This document shows, in pieces, positions 12,266 to 25,610 of a stretch of DNA of 64,000 nucleotides (position 1 is its first letter; every line of letters starts with the position of its first letter). Below the pieces are notes generated by a model, which saw only the letters and a list, made by a program, of their open reading frames with translations, was not told the origin of the DNA and did not search any database. This stretch comes from Gnetum montanum (lineage: Eukaryota > Plantae > Gnetophyta): assembly GCA_015680685.1 (NCBI GenBank), contig MNCI01002384.1:736493-800492 (forward strand), read 5' to 3'. A program made the position numbers and the translations under genes.

Positions 12266-13440
12266 TGTGGACCTTTTGGTATGTCAAAATGTTTAGAAAA
12301 ATGAAGCCCAATGATGTTGTGTATTTGTGTGGCTGTTGTGTTTATAGGATTTGAATTAAGACAAGAAGACGTGGAAATTCAAGAACATGGAAAAGGAATA
12401 AAGACTTCAAAGCTCGGAAGCCTTAGCAGTGAAGAATTATTTTAGAGAACACATCTTCTAGAAACAACAAAAATCTACCATCAAGTGAAGAAATCTGCAA
12501 GGAAAAGAAGATCTCTTGGTAGAATTGAAGGCAACATAGGAGAAGACATCTCTAGAAAATAGTAGATGTCTTTCTAGATAGAAAGACATATTTCATGAAA
12601 AGAAGATTTCTTTGTAGAATGAAGGTCCATTGCAAAAATACATCTCAATCTTGAAGAAGATGTCTTTCTAAAATGAAGGTCCATTATAGAAAGATGTCTC
12701 TATCTTGGAGAAGACATCTCCAGTGACAATTATTTGGATGTTGCATGAATTCTAAGGTGATTTTGAAAATGTATTGGCTATAAAAAGACTTCATTCTCAT
12801 TGAAAAATATGTAAGAATTATGTACTTTCATTGCATTCATTAAGAAATCATTGTAATCATTATTATTCCTCATTATACAATCTTTTGTTTGTTGTAATTG
12901 ATCAGAGTGAGCTATACCTCAAAGTGCAAGGATCAACAAACTTAATTGCATTATTTCCTTATGATTGTTGGTCTATATCATTTCCCTAGGGGGTTGATGT
13001 GCTTCTTGCAAAAAGGCATCTTGCTTGAGCTTGTTGAGATCCTACGGGATTGAGTATTGGTGTAGTGCCTCAACACTTTGAAGCAGATCTCAAGTTGTAA
13101 AGGTTGTGGGATCCTGAAAACCACATTATAAGCTTGTTGGAACCTTGTGAGGTTAAGTTGATTCATAGTGTTGAATCACTCCATTGCAAAGCTTAGAGCT
13201 TGTATAGGGTATGGTACCCTTCAAACCATATTTAAGAGCAACAAAGTCCAGAGGTATGCTTACAAACTATCCTCTAAGTTTGTACTACCCAAGTTGGGCA
13301 ACCATGTTAATTTTTGTGTGTGATTTACTTCAAAGAATTTTTTTTATTTGGGAAACTTATTCAGCTCCGCCACCCCCCGCACCCCCTCCCTCGGGGCAGC
13401 CCCCCACCTTCCTCCCTCCTTCTAAGTTCAACAATCCTCA
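12266..13440 (+). repeat. 5' LTR of Copia B
   Basis: TGTGGACC...ATCCTCA followed by the PBS; matches 17873-18093 plus 28597-29508. Confidence 0.9.
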
Positions 13441-13442
13441 AG

Positions 13443-13454
13443 TGGTATTAGAGC
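13443..13454 (+). other. PBS tRNA-iMet (1 mismatch)
   Basis: TGGTATTAGAGC. Confidence 0.88.
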
Positions 13455-13493
13455 CTAGTACTCTTCTTAATCATCACCTTCAAAGAGTGAACA

Positions 13494-15300
13494 ATGGAGG
13501 GGAAATCATATACCAAGCCATCCATGTTCAATGGATTCAACTTCACCTATTGGAAAGATAGAATGCATGGATTCTTTGAATCCATGGAGTTTGAGTTTGG
13601 GAGTTAATCCTTAAAAGCTACACCCTGCCTATCAATAGCTCTACTGGAATCATCAAGCCCTATAACAAATGAACAAAATAGGAGAAAGATAAGTTCATGT
13701 TTAATTGAAAAGGAAATTTTTTTTTATATTGTGCTTTGAATAAATCTAAATTTAATAGAGTAGCAGGATGTAAAATTGCCAAAGAAATTTGGCAAACTTT
13801 AGAAGCTACTTATGAAGGAACCTCTATTGTTAAGTAATCAAAATTGTTAGTTTTGCAAAGTGAATATGGTAAGCTTAAAATGATAGAAGGTGAGAAAATA
13901 AAATATTACTTATCTAGAGAAAATGATACTATTGTAGCTATTAGAGGTACTAGTAAAGATTTTTCCAAGAGCAATGTCATCATCAAAATGATCAGAAGTC
14001 TTCAACTAGAGTTCGGACGGAAGGTCATGGCTATGGAAGAAATCGAATATTTCTTAAATTTGAGATTTGAAAAGCTTCAAAGTGCTCTCATTACTTATGA
14101 AATGAATCTCATAAGCAAAGGATCCATCTAAGAAAGATCTATTTCTCTAAAGACAACCTCCAAGAAGAAGGTGCTCAATGAGAATGATGAGGGCAACAAG
14201 GATGAGATTGCTCCTTAAAAGGAAGGTACAATGACTAATAATAATAAGAAACAAAGGGGCATATTAGAAAAGATCCAATCAATAAATAGGTAAAGAAAGA
14301 GGCACACATTTTTTGATTCTAAGTTATATTTCTCTTCTATAGAATGTTAGATCTATGGTGGAAAAGGTGATATGACCTCTAAATGTCCTAGCAATATCTT
14401 GTTGCAGGCCAAGAAAAAATCCACTAACGAGATGAAGAAAACCAACTTCTATAAAAGTTGGAATTTTTGAGAGTAGAGTGAGAAAGAAGTGGAGGATGAG
14501 GCTAAAAATTCTAATCTCATCTGCATGGCCCTCACTAATGATGACAACAATTCATCAGATGATGATCTTAATGATGAAGAAAGGTTTGATCTTTTATGCA
14601 ATGAGCTATTGTCTTTTCAAAATCTTTGCAATAAGTTAAATAAATAGGTCAAATATAAGGATCAGAAAATATCCTTGTTGAATTTGATTATTTCTGATCT
14701 TACTAAATGACTATTAGACCTAAGGGCTTAAAATGAAAAACTAATCTCATCCTTAGAACAAGTCAAAGTGGAAGTTGCAAATGTCAAATTAGTAAATGAA
14801 AGATTAATTAAGGAAAAGGAATCTCTTTGAATGGTGTCGGAACAAGGAAGAAGTTCACATGATAAGGTGGTTTGGAATGTTGCACATAAGAGCAATCATC
14901 TTATATAAATCCATCATAAACAAATTATCCTTTGAAGGAGAAAGGTAGTATACCAAAATCAGAGGACACTCCCTTCCATCAAAATGATCCTAAAAGGTTA
15001 TATCATCCTAATTTTTCATACTACCATAGGAGGATTAGATGCCATTATTGTCATAAATTAGGACATAAATAATGGAATTTCAATCTCAAGTATTATCATA
15101 TAAATAATTTTTCATATCATAGAACTCCTTGGTCTTATCAAAGTACAATGAGAATGTATTTTTTTTAGGATCATAGGGAAGATAGGATGTTAACTCAAAA
15201 GAACAAAGGAACTAGGAAAGAAGGGAGAATTAAAAGAGAGGAACAAGAGAATCATGATACTCTCACTAACAAATTTGTAAGAGGAAGTCAAGCCTTGGAC
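13494..15300 (+). pseudogene. gag: Copia gag pseudogene (UBN2-type plus two degenerate zinc knuckles)
   Basis: MEGKSYTKPSMFNGFNFTYWKDRM, CKIAKEIWQTLEATYEG, LQSEYGKLKM..KMIRSL, CHYCHKLGH (~15040). Confidence 0.88.
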
Positions 15301-15739
15301 ATTGAAGAAGTTTAATTAAGAAAGGAATCCTGAAAAGAGGAAACTCCTTCTCTAGTTATTTGAGTACCATTACTTTTTGATAGAATATTACATAAGGAGA
15401 GGTAAGTTTTTCTTTTTTCAAGTATCTATTAAGACTATAGTCCATTGGTAGCTTTTCCCAAACCCTATCCTATTTTCTGCAAAGACATCTGTCCAAAATG
15501 AAAGATGTCTTTATGAAGATGTCTACTCATAAACAAAGACATATCTTTGATTTATCTTGCTTCATGGGAAAGATGTCTACTATGTCTAAAAGGCATCTAC
15601 TTTTGTTTTTAAAATGTGGATTAGACATCCTCCCTCTATAAAAGACATCTTCTTTTTCATTCAAAGCCCTCATTCATCACTGCTATTAAAGTCAAACCCC
15701 CCATTCCTTTGTCATATTCTCTCATTTAATCCCATAGAG

Positions 15740-17354
15740 ATGACTAGGGCTCCATCATCTACAAAGATTTTATTAGAGATGGCTCAAAAGAAGGTTAAAA
15801 CGTCTAGGATGCCACCAAAGAAGAAATCCAGTGGAAGTTCCAATAGCACACCACCCACTTACATGTCCCAATTATATAATGCAAGCACACAACATAGGTT
15901 TGAGGCCACTCAAACCACTAGCATCATTACTAAACATTCTCTATCTTTCCTTGCCCATAGACAAAATACACTGATGGATTACTTTAAATCTTTGAATTGG
16001 GGCTCTTTCATTGCAATGAATTTTCTAGTTCTTGAAGTATTAATTAGAGAATTCTATTGCAATATTATTATTACAAATGCTATTTTTGGAGCATTCACTT
16101 ACATAGTTGAGGGTCTTCTCATCAAGGTCTCTCCCCAAGTTGTAAATGCAATCCTTGGGATCTCCAATCTCGATGTCTTCTGAGTAACCATTGATTCCAT
16201 GCAAGACATTTATTCAAAGGGTATCATACCCATAGTATATGATGAATTTTGTAATTTATTATTTGGGAAAGATGTTACATTTGAAAAAGGCCATGTTGAG
16301 AGGAGCTGGATGACTCCTAATGCTTCCACCTTATCTCTTATTGTATTATATAACATTGTGGTAAAAGGGAAAAGTTATAGTTATCTGTTGTCATCCTAGG
16401 CCTATGTGCTTTATTGTCTTATCAGTGGACTAACATTAGATTTGGGGCATATACTTTATCAAGATATGTTAATTCTATTTACCAAGGAAAGAGTCCTTGG
16501 GCATCCTGATCTCATCATCTTGTTGATCTGTTAGAAGGCTATGCCAATTCTAGACATGCCTTTGCTCAAAGGCAAGAGGAGCCTCAACGAATATGTTAAG
16601 AAGAGGATTCTTTCAAATGTGGTAGAAGCAGGACCTAGCATCATATCATAGAAGAAGAAGAAGAAGGAGGCATCTCCCTAGCTGAGCAAATCAAAATACA
16701 CAAGTTCTCAAAATATCTCTTCACTAAAGAAGCTTCTCTAACCTTTTTCATGAGCCATCAAGAAGCTTGGAGAAACCTCTCTTACTAGCATAAGAGTTTG
16801 AATGTAGTTGGCATTACACCTCCTTCTAATGGGCAGGTGTTCAAGGAGGTTACTACTCCTCCTATTTCTAATAGTGAGGAGGATGTTGTCAATCACCAAG
16901 GCATTCCTTTGCATGCTCATGACTTAGGGATGAAATCTAATTTTGAGCCTAAGGTACCACCAACTCATTTCCAAGGGGAGCATCGTGTTCCCATGTAGTA
17001 GCCTGATCATCATGATACTACATCACTTGTTCATTTCATTCCTCCATCAGTCAATGCTCCTAGCTCATTTGAGTAGCAAGGTATGGAGAGTATCTTTAGG
17101 ACCATGTCCCAATGGGAACTAGCTTAGCAACCTTCATCTTAGCTAGATCCTCTAGCTTCATCTCGAATTCAAGTAAAGCTTTGTCCCTAAAGAGCTCCCA
17201 TTCAGTAGATTGAGTCCTTTAAAGAGGACATGAAGCAATCAAGCCAACAAAGCACTAACAGTGATGATGATGAGGAGGAGACTTATTGTCCATCCAGAGT
17301 GGTAGCATAATCATAATTGAAGGATGCAACTAAGGCTAGTGATTACAGACCTTA
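15740..17354 (+). pseudogene. Extra 3' ORF of Copia B (env-like position; putative plant transposon protein/Transposase_32-like)
   Basis: FKSLNWGSFI..LIREFYCN..VEGLLIKVSPQVVNAILGI..LYCLISGLTLDLGHILYQDM, then a low-complexity tail; lies between gag and PPT. Confidence 0.7.
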
Positions 17355-17856
17355 GGAGACTTTTTTTCTCTCTCATTTTTGTTGTTGTCCAACAAGGATG
17401 AGAATTTTTTGTTTCTTACATATGTGATTTTTGGAACTTTGCACATATGTTATTAATCTAATGCTAGACGAATGGATGTGATTGATGTGATGCTAGACTA
17501 ATGATTTTTGATAGTTGCAAATGTATGTGGATAGTTAGCCACATGATAGTTTGTTAAAGAGTTATAGAAAGTTGGTTTTTTCCTTTGATATCTCTATGTG
17601 GTGTTCTTTTTCTCTTTACTTTTGAATTTACATTATCTCATTATTTTCCACATTTTACCAAATAACCTTGAACCTCAATGCTTTATCCTAGTCCCTAGCT
17701 ACCAAAGGAATTATATGTCTTAATATATTTATTGGTTTTTAGAGCTAAGATTATGTGTTTTATCCTTTTTGATGTTGTTCAAAAAGAGCGAGTATGGTTA
17801 TGGTTATTTTTGGATGTGTGTATCTACTAATCCATTTTCTTAAGTTTTGAACATCA

Positions 17857-17872
17857 CCAAAAAGGGGAAGAT
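17857..17872 (+). other. PPT of Copia B
   Basis: CCAAAAAGGGGAAGAT before TGTTGACC. Confidence 0.85.
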
Positions 17873-18093
17873 TGTTGACCTTTTGGTATGTCAAAACATT
17901 AAGAAAAATGAAGCACAAGGATTTTTTTCTATTTGTGTGGTTGTTGTGTTTTTAGGACTTAGATTAAGATAAAAAAGCATATGGAAGTTCATGAACATGG
18001 ACAAGGAAAAAAGACTTCAAAGCTTAGAAGGAAGCCTTAACATTGAAGAATTATTTTCAGAGAAGATGTCTTGCAAAAACTATAGATGTCTAC
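17873..18093 (+). repeat. 3' LTR of Copia B, left part
   Basis: Matches the first ~215 bp of the 5' LTR. Confidence 0.88.
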
Positions 18094-18618
18094 TATGACA
18101 TCCTATTCCTAGATGTTGTAAAAACACAATCGTTCATCGCTTAATTCATCATATTCATTGCATTTGTAAGTAATATAATAGAAATATCAAAAAATACTTT
18201 GATAAATAAATGAATGAATGGAAAATAAATAATTGGTACATAGAATAGAAAATAAAATATAAATAAAAAGAATTTTATTAGTAAGATTGGTTTACTATAA
18301 CGCCCTTTGGGTTATCTTTCCATGCCACTTAGGCCTTAAAGGTAATCCAACACTACCACCATAGTTAGGTTGTCCATCCAAAGGGGTGATTAGTCCCTTC
18401 TTATACCACTTCATTTGTCTCTTATCACTTACCATTGCAGGCTGTACAAATCCATGTTGACATGACCTCTAAACCCAACCTTAAATGGCATAGGTCAAAC
18501 CCATTCCTGAGGGATACATGAATAATCGTAACTCCTCATAATGAGGCTTTCCTTTATTTGAAGGTTAATTACATTATTACAATTTGTTTCCACCCTTGAC
18601 AAGGAATGAGACATTACA
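18094..18618 (-). repeat. 3' LTR of Tekay element
   Basis: Collinear with 28071-28591; PPT AAGGGAGGTAGAT at 18619-18631 (minus). Confidence 0.92.
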
Positions 18619-18824
18619 ATCTACCTCCCTTAAGCATCAAGCTTGTCCTCAAGTGCTTCTTCTACATCTAGTTGCTTAGCTGTTGCTTCTTCATTATGCT
18701 CCTCAGCTTTAGCTTCTTTATTAACCTCATTACCATCTATACAAATAAAATATCAAAATTATAAAATATAATTTATTACATCAATAATAAATACAATTTT
18801 ATCATTCAATATCATGTTGATCAA

Positions 18825-21800
18825 AAGGTTGGGGGTAAGTATTAAGAATAATCTCCCTATTTTCCTAAGTCTATTGATCACAATTTGACCATTGAACAAG
18901 TACTTCACCGATAGTTTTATTTCTTAACTTCTTGGTTCATTGGTTCTTAATAGCAATGGGTTTAACTTCAAAGCTAGTGTGGGATCACAAGGGCCAGGTA
19001 TTCCAATCTATCACTTATGGCACATCATTTGCATGAAATTTCTTTAGCAAACTTACATGGAAAATTGGGTGAATTCTTAAGGTTGCTAGAAGATTTAACC
19101 GATATTCCACTTCACCAATTATTTCAAAAATTTCAAAGGGTCCACAAAATCTAGGTGCCAATTTAGTATATTTTCCAATTTTAAGAGAACTTGTAGGTTT
19201 TACTCTTATTAGTACTTGATCTACTACTTGAAATGTTTTCTTATGTCGATGTTGATTTGCATAACCCTTATATTTATCTTGGGCAACTTGTAAATTTTGT
19301 TGCTTCTTCCTTCCATTCTACTCTTAAGGCTAGATCTACCCAAGTTAGTGGCCTACAACAATTATGCCCATATATTACTTTGAATGGTTTTTGATGTATA
19401 GAACCTTGATAATTGTTGTTATAGGTAAATTTGGCTAGATGCAAGTAATTCTCCCATATTTTTGGACTACTCCCTACATAACTTCATAGAATATCTTCTA
19501 ATATTCTATTCACATGTTAAGTTTGCCTGACACTCTCAAGGTGGTAAGTTGTGCTAAATTTCAACTAGGTTCCAAGCTCTTTGAATAATTTTTGCCAAAA
19601 TTTGGGTATGAACTTGGGATCTCAACCTGAGGTGATAGATTTTGGACAACTATGCAATAAAAATACTTCTCATACAAATTTTTGGGCTACTTCTTTAGCT
19701 ATGTTTTTGGATTTTAAAACTATAAAATGTGTCATCTTTGATAGACAATCTACCACTACTAAAATCTAGTCATTTTCCTTTTGGGTTATTGGCAATCCCA
19801 CAATGAAATCTATGGTAATGTCTTCCTGGAACTTCCAAAGGTTGTAACAGTTCACTAGGTTTCCATTGTTCATCTTTTAACCTTTGGCATGTTGGACAGT
19901 TTTTAATGTACAAGGACACATCATTCTTCATTCTACGTTAGAAATAAGATTTACATAACATCATATAACTTTTAATATAACCTAGATGTCCTTAATATGG
20001 TACTTCATGTGCTTCACACAAAAACCTTAGTCTCCAATTTCCTTCTATTATGCACATTCTTTATCCTTTCATCAATAAACCATTAGAAGAAAATTGATAT
20101 CAAGGCTTAGAGGGAATATCGATTAAAATATTCTTGAAGTAATGATCTTCTTTTATTTTTTTCTTAATTTCTTCTTCCATCAAAGTCATCACCACACCTA
20201 TCATCGAGTTCCACATTCAACTAAGGGCATCAGCTACTACATTTTGTTGTCCAAGAATATATTTGATTTCAAAATCATATTCAGTCAATAATGCTATCCA
20301 TTGTCATTGATGAGTATTCAAAATAGGCTATCTGTAAAAATATTCTAAATTTTTATGATCTATTTTTAATGCAATCATTTTTCCACAAAGATAATGTCTC
20401 CAAAAATTCAAAGCATGAACAATTGTCAATAATTCTAAGTCATGGGTTGATTAATTTACCTCAACTCCTCATAATTTACATGATTCATAACATACCACTT
20501 TATCTTTTTATGAAAGAACTTCACCTATTCTTATTCCATAGGCATTCATGGATACTTCAAATGCTAATTCTACATCTAGAATTCTCAGAATAGGTGTTGT
20601 TGTGAGTAGCATCTTTAATCTGAGGAATCTTTCTCTGCATTTTCATCAAACCTGAATACATGTTTTTCTTGTAAAAGGTTAGTCAAGGAGGCTACTAAAG
20701 TAGAATAATATTTAATGAAATGTCATTAAAAACCTACTAAGCCTATAAAACCATGAACCACTATAGCATCTTTTAATTTAGGCCAATCCCTAATTGCACT
20801 AACTTTTGCTAGATCTACTTGTAATCCCTTTTTTGAAACTATATGGTCCAAATAAGAGACTTATTCTTTAAAGAGTTCACATTTACTTAATTTTGCTTTT
20901 AATTGATGCTCTTTAAGAATTTTCATTGTGATTTTCAAATGTTTGACATGTTCTTCTCTTGACTTAGAATAAACAAGTATATCATCCATAAATACTCTAA
21001 CAAACTAATTAAGACATTCAGGAAAAATATTATTCATTAACATCATGAACCTTCCAGGTGCATTAGTTAATCCAAATGGCATCACAACAAATTCATACAA
21101 TCCATACCTAGTTCTAAAAGTAGTTTTCTCAATTTCTCCTTAATCCTTATTTGGTGATAACATGATTTTAAATCAATCTTTGAAAAATAATATGAATCAG
21201 TAAGCAGATCAAACAAATCATTGATTCTAGGTAAAGGATAAGTATTTTTAATTATCACCTTATTCAATGCCCTATAATCTTAATGTACCATCTTTCTTTT
21301 TAACAAATAAGACTGGTGCACCCCAAGGTGATACCCTAGGTCAAATTTTCTCTTCTTCCAAAAGTTGATCCAATTGTACTTTAAATTCTCTTAATTCAAA
21401 ACTAAATAATCTATAAGGGAATTTTAAAATAGGTTGTGTACCATGAAAAATATCAATATCATGTTCAACAGTTCATTTTGGAAGCAAATATCTAGTTTCA
21501 TCAAATACAAAATCTTTATATTCCTCAAGTTCTTTTGGAATCTCAATACGTAAAGATTTCTGGGATTGAGTTACTTTGACAACCAAAATTGTAGCATCCT
21601 TTTTGACTAATCTTTTGGCTTGCTTAATGGTTATCATATGAATTTTCTTTGTTATTCCTACCCCCCTTAGAACCTTAACTCTGTCAATGATTACAGCTTT
21701 CAGAATACAAGTTCGAAAGTGGGTAGTAATATCAAATTTTGTAGGAAAGACATTCCTAAAATTGTGTCAACATTACCTAGTTCAAATTCAAAGAATTCAT

Positions 21801-23243
21801 AAAAAAAAAAGCATATTTTACAAAGTAAAGTTAATTTCTTCATACCTGGTATGCTTTCTCACAATCATTTCATTTGCAAGTTCTATCTTAATAATTTTCT
21901 TGAAAGGTAAACTTAATTTCAATAAATTAATTAACTTTCGAGAAATAAAGTTATCATTGGCACCACTATTAATCAAAAATTTAATTTATTTACCTTTAAT
22001 TGAACCTTCAAAAGTTAGTGAGGAAAATTGAAATTTACGCAAACCTAATTTAGTTCATGAAGATATCTTCCTCATAGCTATGGTGATGGTTAAGATTTTT
22101 CCTTTTTTCATGTTTGGGTTGGATTTTTGATTGGATTGGTCCTTCGTACCTTTGCTCATAATTTTGAAGAGTCTTGTTTAAAATGATTTTCACCACACAA
22201 AAAAATCCTATCCCTGATTAAGCTCTCTTAATTAGTATTCTTCTACTATTGCTTGAGGAAGGGTAGCTTGTCAAAGAAGAGTTCATACTTGATTCAATTC
22301 TTTATAATCCTTAGTAATTCTATATGTTTCATCAACTATCTAAGGGTTATATGCTTGTGTTTGGAAATGTAAGTATGTATGTAGTCCACCAATGAACTTT
22401 GAAGCTAATTCTCTTTCCTCTTGGTGGCTTACATACCAAGAAATATCATAGAACATTTTGTAGTAATCTTCTACAAATTGCCTTCCCAATATTAAGGAAT
22501 CAAATCTCATTTTGTGCTCTTTGAGAAAAGAATCAGGTACAAATGTTTTTTCAAAATCTCAATAAAAATTAAGCTAATTTGTAATCAAACCTTGAGATCT
22601 TAGTCCATTCCACCATGTTGCCACAAGACCTCTTAAGTATAGGGAGATGACTTCTAAACATTGTTGACTTAATAAATTTAGCATATCAATGTAATTTTTC
22701 ATTGTATCAAGCCAATCCTTTGCCTTCACACTAGATCCAAGGGCTTCATCATAATGGTCTAATTTTACCTTCTTGGCATGAACTTGCATAAGTGATTAGG
22801 TGGATTAAGCTAGTTTCCATATCCCTCATCTTTAGTTTCTCCTCTATGATCTAAAGAAGGGATATCAATATCTTGGTGACTAGTAGGTGAGGGTTAGTTT
22901 CTAGGTGAATCCCTAGCAAACAATTGATCTTGATCTTAACATTGATGTCTAGGTGGAATGTGGCTAGGATTTGAAGACTAAGTGAGATGGTTGGTTAGTT
23001 TCTTAATGGAGTCTACAAAGGAATCCATCTTTCCTTGCACATCTAACCATTTATCCTTCGAACTCTAGGACAATTTTCTAATTTCCTCAAACATATTCTA
23101 CATCTCTATCTGAAACCCTTGATTTGATTGATGAAGCTCTTCTTGAACACCCCTGATTTCATTAATTTGATTGAAAGGACATTCATCTAGTCATTGGCAT
23201 GAGCCTCCATTTCTCTCCAATTTATTCTTCGTGTTCTGGACAT
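18825..23243 (-). pseudogene. Tekay gag-pol pseudogene with C-terminal chromodomain
   Basis: AKDWLDTM..VATWW (gag); LINSGANDNFIS (PR, D>N); [33 protein letters not shown] (RT); [29 protein letters not shown] (INT); KKLRNKTIGEVLVQW..ILNTYP (chromodomain, ~18825-18965). Confidence 0.9.
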
Positions 23244-24221
23244 TAGTAAGTTAAAGAAATTAGGTATGTTGGTAATCCTTGTCCTATATAGTAATTTTTT
23301 ATGAATCTCAAAATAGTTATTCTATTACAAAAGAGGTTGAAACTATCATGGATTTCTTCTTTGACCATCGAATCCTAATCATTTTTTGGCCCTTAATTAA
23401 TGGATTAAAAGCTAATTTTCTATAACTTGAGAGCTAAATCTACCCATTCCATTGAGTCTAGAAGGTTCAAATCTATCAGAATTGATTTTGATTTGGTTAA
23501 AATTGGACTCTGAAATCAAAATTTATAATTTTTTTAAGTTGTAAAAACCTATATGATTCAAGACTTCCCAAGAGGTCATCCATCCTAGTACTACTCCAGA
23601 ACGAGCATTCTTAATGACAGAATTCTTATCCTTGTTATTACCAAGATGCTAAATTCAAATTTAAAAATTATTTTTGTACATTCCTCTTTTAAATTTTGTT
23701 CATGATGGAAATTTCAAATTTTTCGTCAATTAACAAAAATTTCCAAATTTCTGTCATTTGAGAAAAATGTTTTCATTACCATCAGGCCAGAATGACAGCA
23801 AATGCAGGGGGTGGTAGTGGTTACAGTGGCTTTGGTAGTTCATTAGGAGTGTGATGGTGGTCAAAGTCTATAGGGGAGGGGCTTTGCTAGGTGACATGGC
23901 CCCTTCTAAGGCCTACATGGCTCTTACCAAGGCCTACACGACCCTTTCTAGGGTTCACGTGGCCTTGTCGTGGGCTATGCACCTTACATAGGAGCCAACA
24001 TAGGGATTCACATGACTCGTGCGATGCCAACATAGCCTATGTAGGGTTAGTATGGCCCATAATGGGGCTAGCATGACCTGTAGCAAAGGCCTAGTGTGGC
24101 CCTAGCAAGGCCTACATGGCTTGCAATGGTAAAATTGACTTGCATGTTTATGAGCTTGAGGGTTTTCTAGCACTGGGNAATTGACTTGCATGTTTATGAG
24201 CTTGAGGGTTTTCTAGCACTG

Positions 24222-24710
24222 GGGGGAAGGTAGTGATCTACGATGAGAGAGGCAATGATCGTGGTAGGGGAGGTAGTGATCAACAACATAGGATGCAGTG
24301 ATCAATGACATGGGAGATAGTGATCGATGGTATGAGAGGTAGTGATTAGTGGTACGAGAGGTAGTGATCTATGGCTAGAGAGGTGATGATCAACAATATG
24401 GGAGGCAGTGATCAATGACATGGGAGGTAGTGATCAAAGGTAGGGGAGGCAATGATTAATGGCATGGGAGGCAATGATTGTTGAAATAGGAGGCAGTGAT
24501 CAATGGTATGGGAGGTAGTAATTAATGACACAGGAGGTAGTGGTCAATGGTATGGGAGGTAGTAATCAATGACATAGGAGGCAGTGATCTACGGTGAGAG
24601 AGATAATGATCGGCTACAAGGGAGGCAATGATTAGTGACATAGAAGGCAATGATTGATGATAGAGAAGGCAATGATTGGTAGCATGAGAGGCAGTGATAG
24701 GCGGTGTTGA
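24222..24710. repeat. Degenerate ~22-bp tandem array (GGGAGGYAGTGATCAATGRYAT) in the Tekay 5' internal region
   Basis: About 20 consecutive visible copies. Confidence 0.9.
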
Positions 24711-25610
24711 AAGCAACCAAGGGTGCACATGCATAGGTCAAAGAATAGAAACAAAAAATGGCACATCAATGATTGTAGGGCATGGGGGTTTGCAACACAT
24801 GGCAAGGCAGCAAACAATGTAATGGCAAGCCACAAGAATGGCAAGAGAGTGGCAACAATTGCATAGGAGAGCGAAGACATGTGGCTGCTAAGGAGCAATG
24901 GATGATTGAGGAGTGATAGGTAGCTGAGGAGTGACAAGTGGCATCATGGCCATCCTTGCTACTAGTCCTTGGGGTTGGCCGCAATGTTGCATGGCCCAAT
25001 TGCTATTGGCCATTGGCTAGCTAGGCCTACAAGCCCAATTGTGGCTAGTAGCAAGGCCAATCATGGCCGGTAGCAGGGCTAGTCACAACCCTACCAAGGA
25101 TTTTTTTAATACTATGATTATTATTTTCAAATAAAATAAAAAAATAATTTTGGTGGTCGAGGTCAAACTCGTGACCTCTTGGTTCACTTTTTCTTTATAA
25201 ATAATTAAAGAAAAATTTTAAAAATTAAAAAAATATACTTTTTTTTTTAAATTTTAAAGTACATGTAAATCGAGAAATGTCATATCTTCCAAACTGTAAG
25301 CCAAATTTCAAAGAAATTGGTACCATTGGAATCTTCTTGGAGAGCACTATGCATTGAGCCAAAGATAATGTCATTTTGGTAAACCTAGAAATCACAAAAT
25401 CATGAAAATTGAGCATTAGCTTAAATAAATCATAACTTAAGTTGGTACTTCCTCTTTTCTCCCATTGCAGTTCTTGTTGTTCTTCTTGTTGTTCTTTTAT
25501 AAATACATAAAAAAGTAAGTTTTTTTTTCTCATCATAGCACAATAGCAGTGAAAGAATGGAAGGATTCCTCCCAAAGCTTGCAACTCCAGAGATTTCAAC
25601 CATTGACATC

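Noticed and set aside
15740-17354. True retroviral envelope gene (also 62048-64000)
   Set aside because: Only the position is env-like; no convincing signal peptide, fusion or transmembrane architecture is visible
24133-24223. Exact 45-bp direct repeat
   Set aside because: The two copies flank a single N (24178); typical contig-overlap assembly artefact
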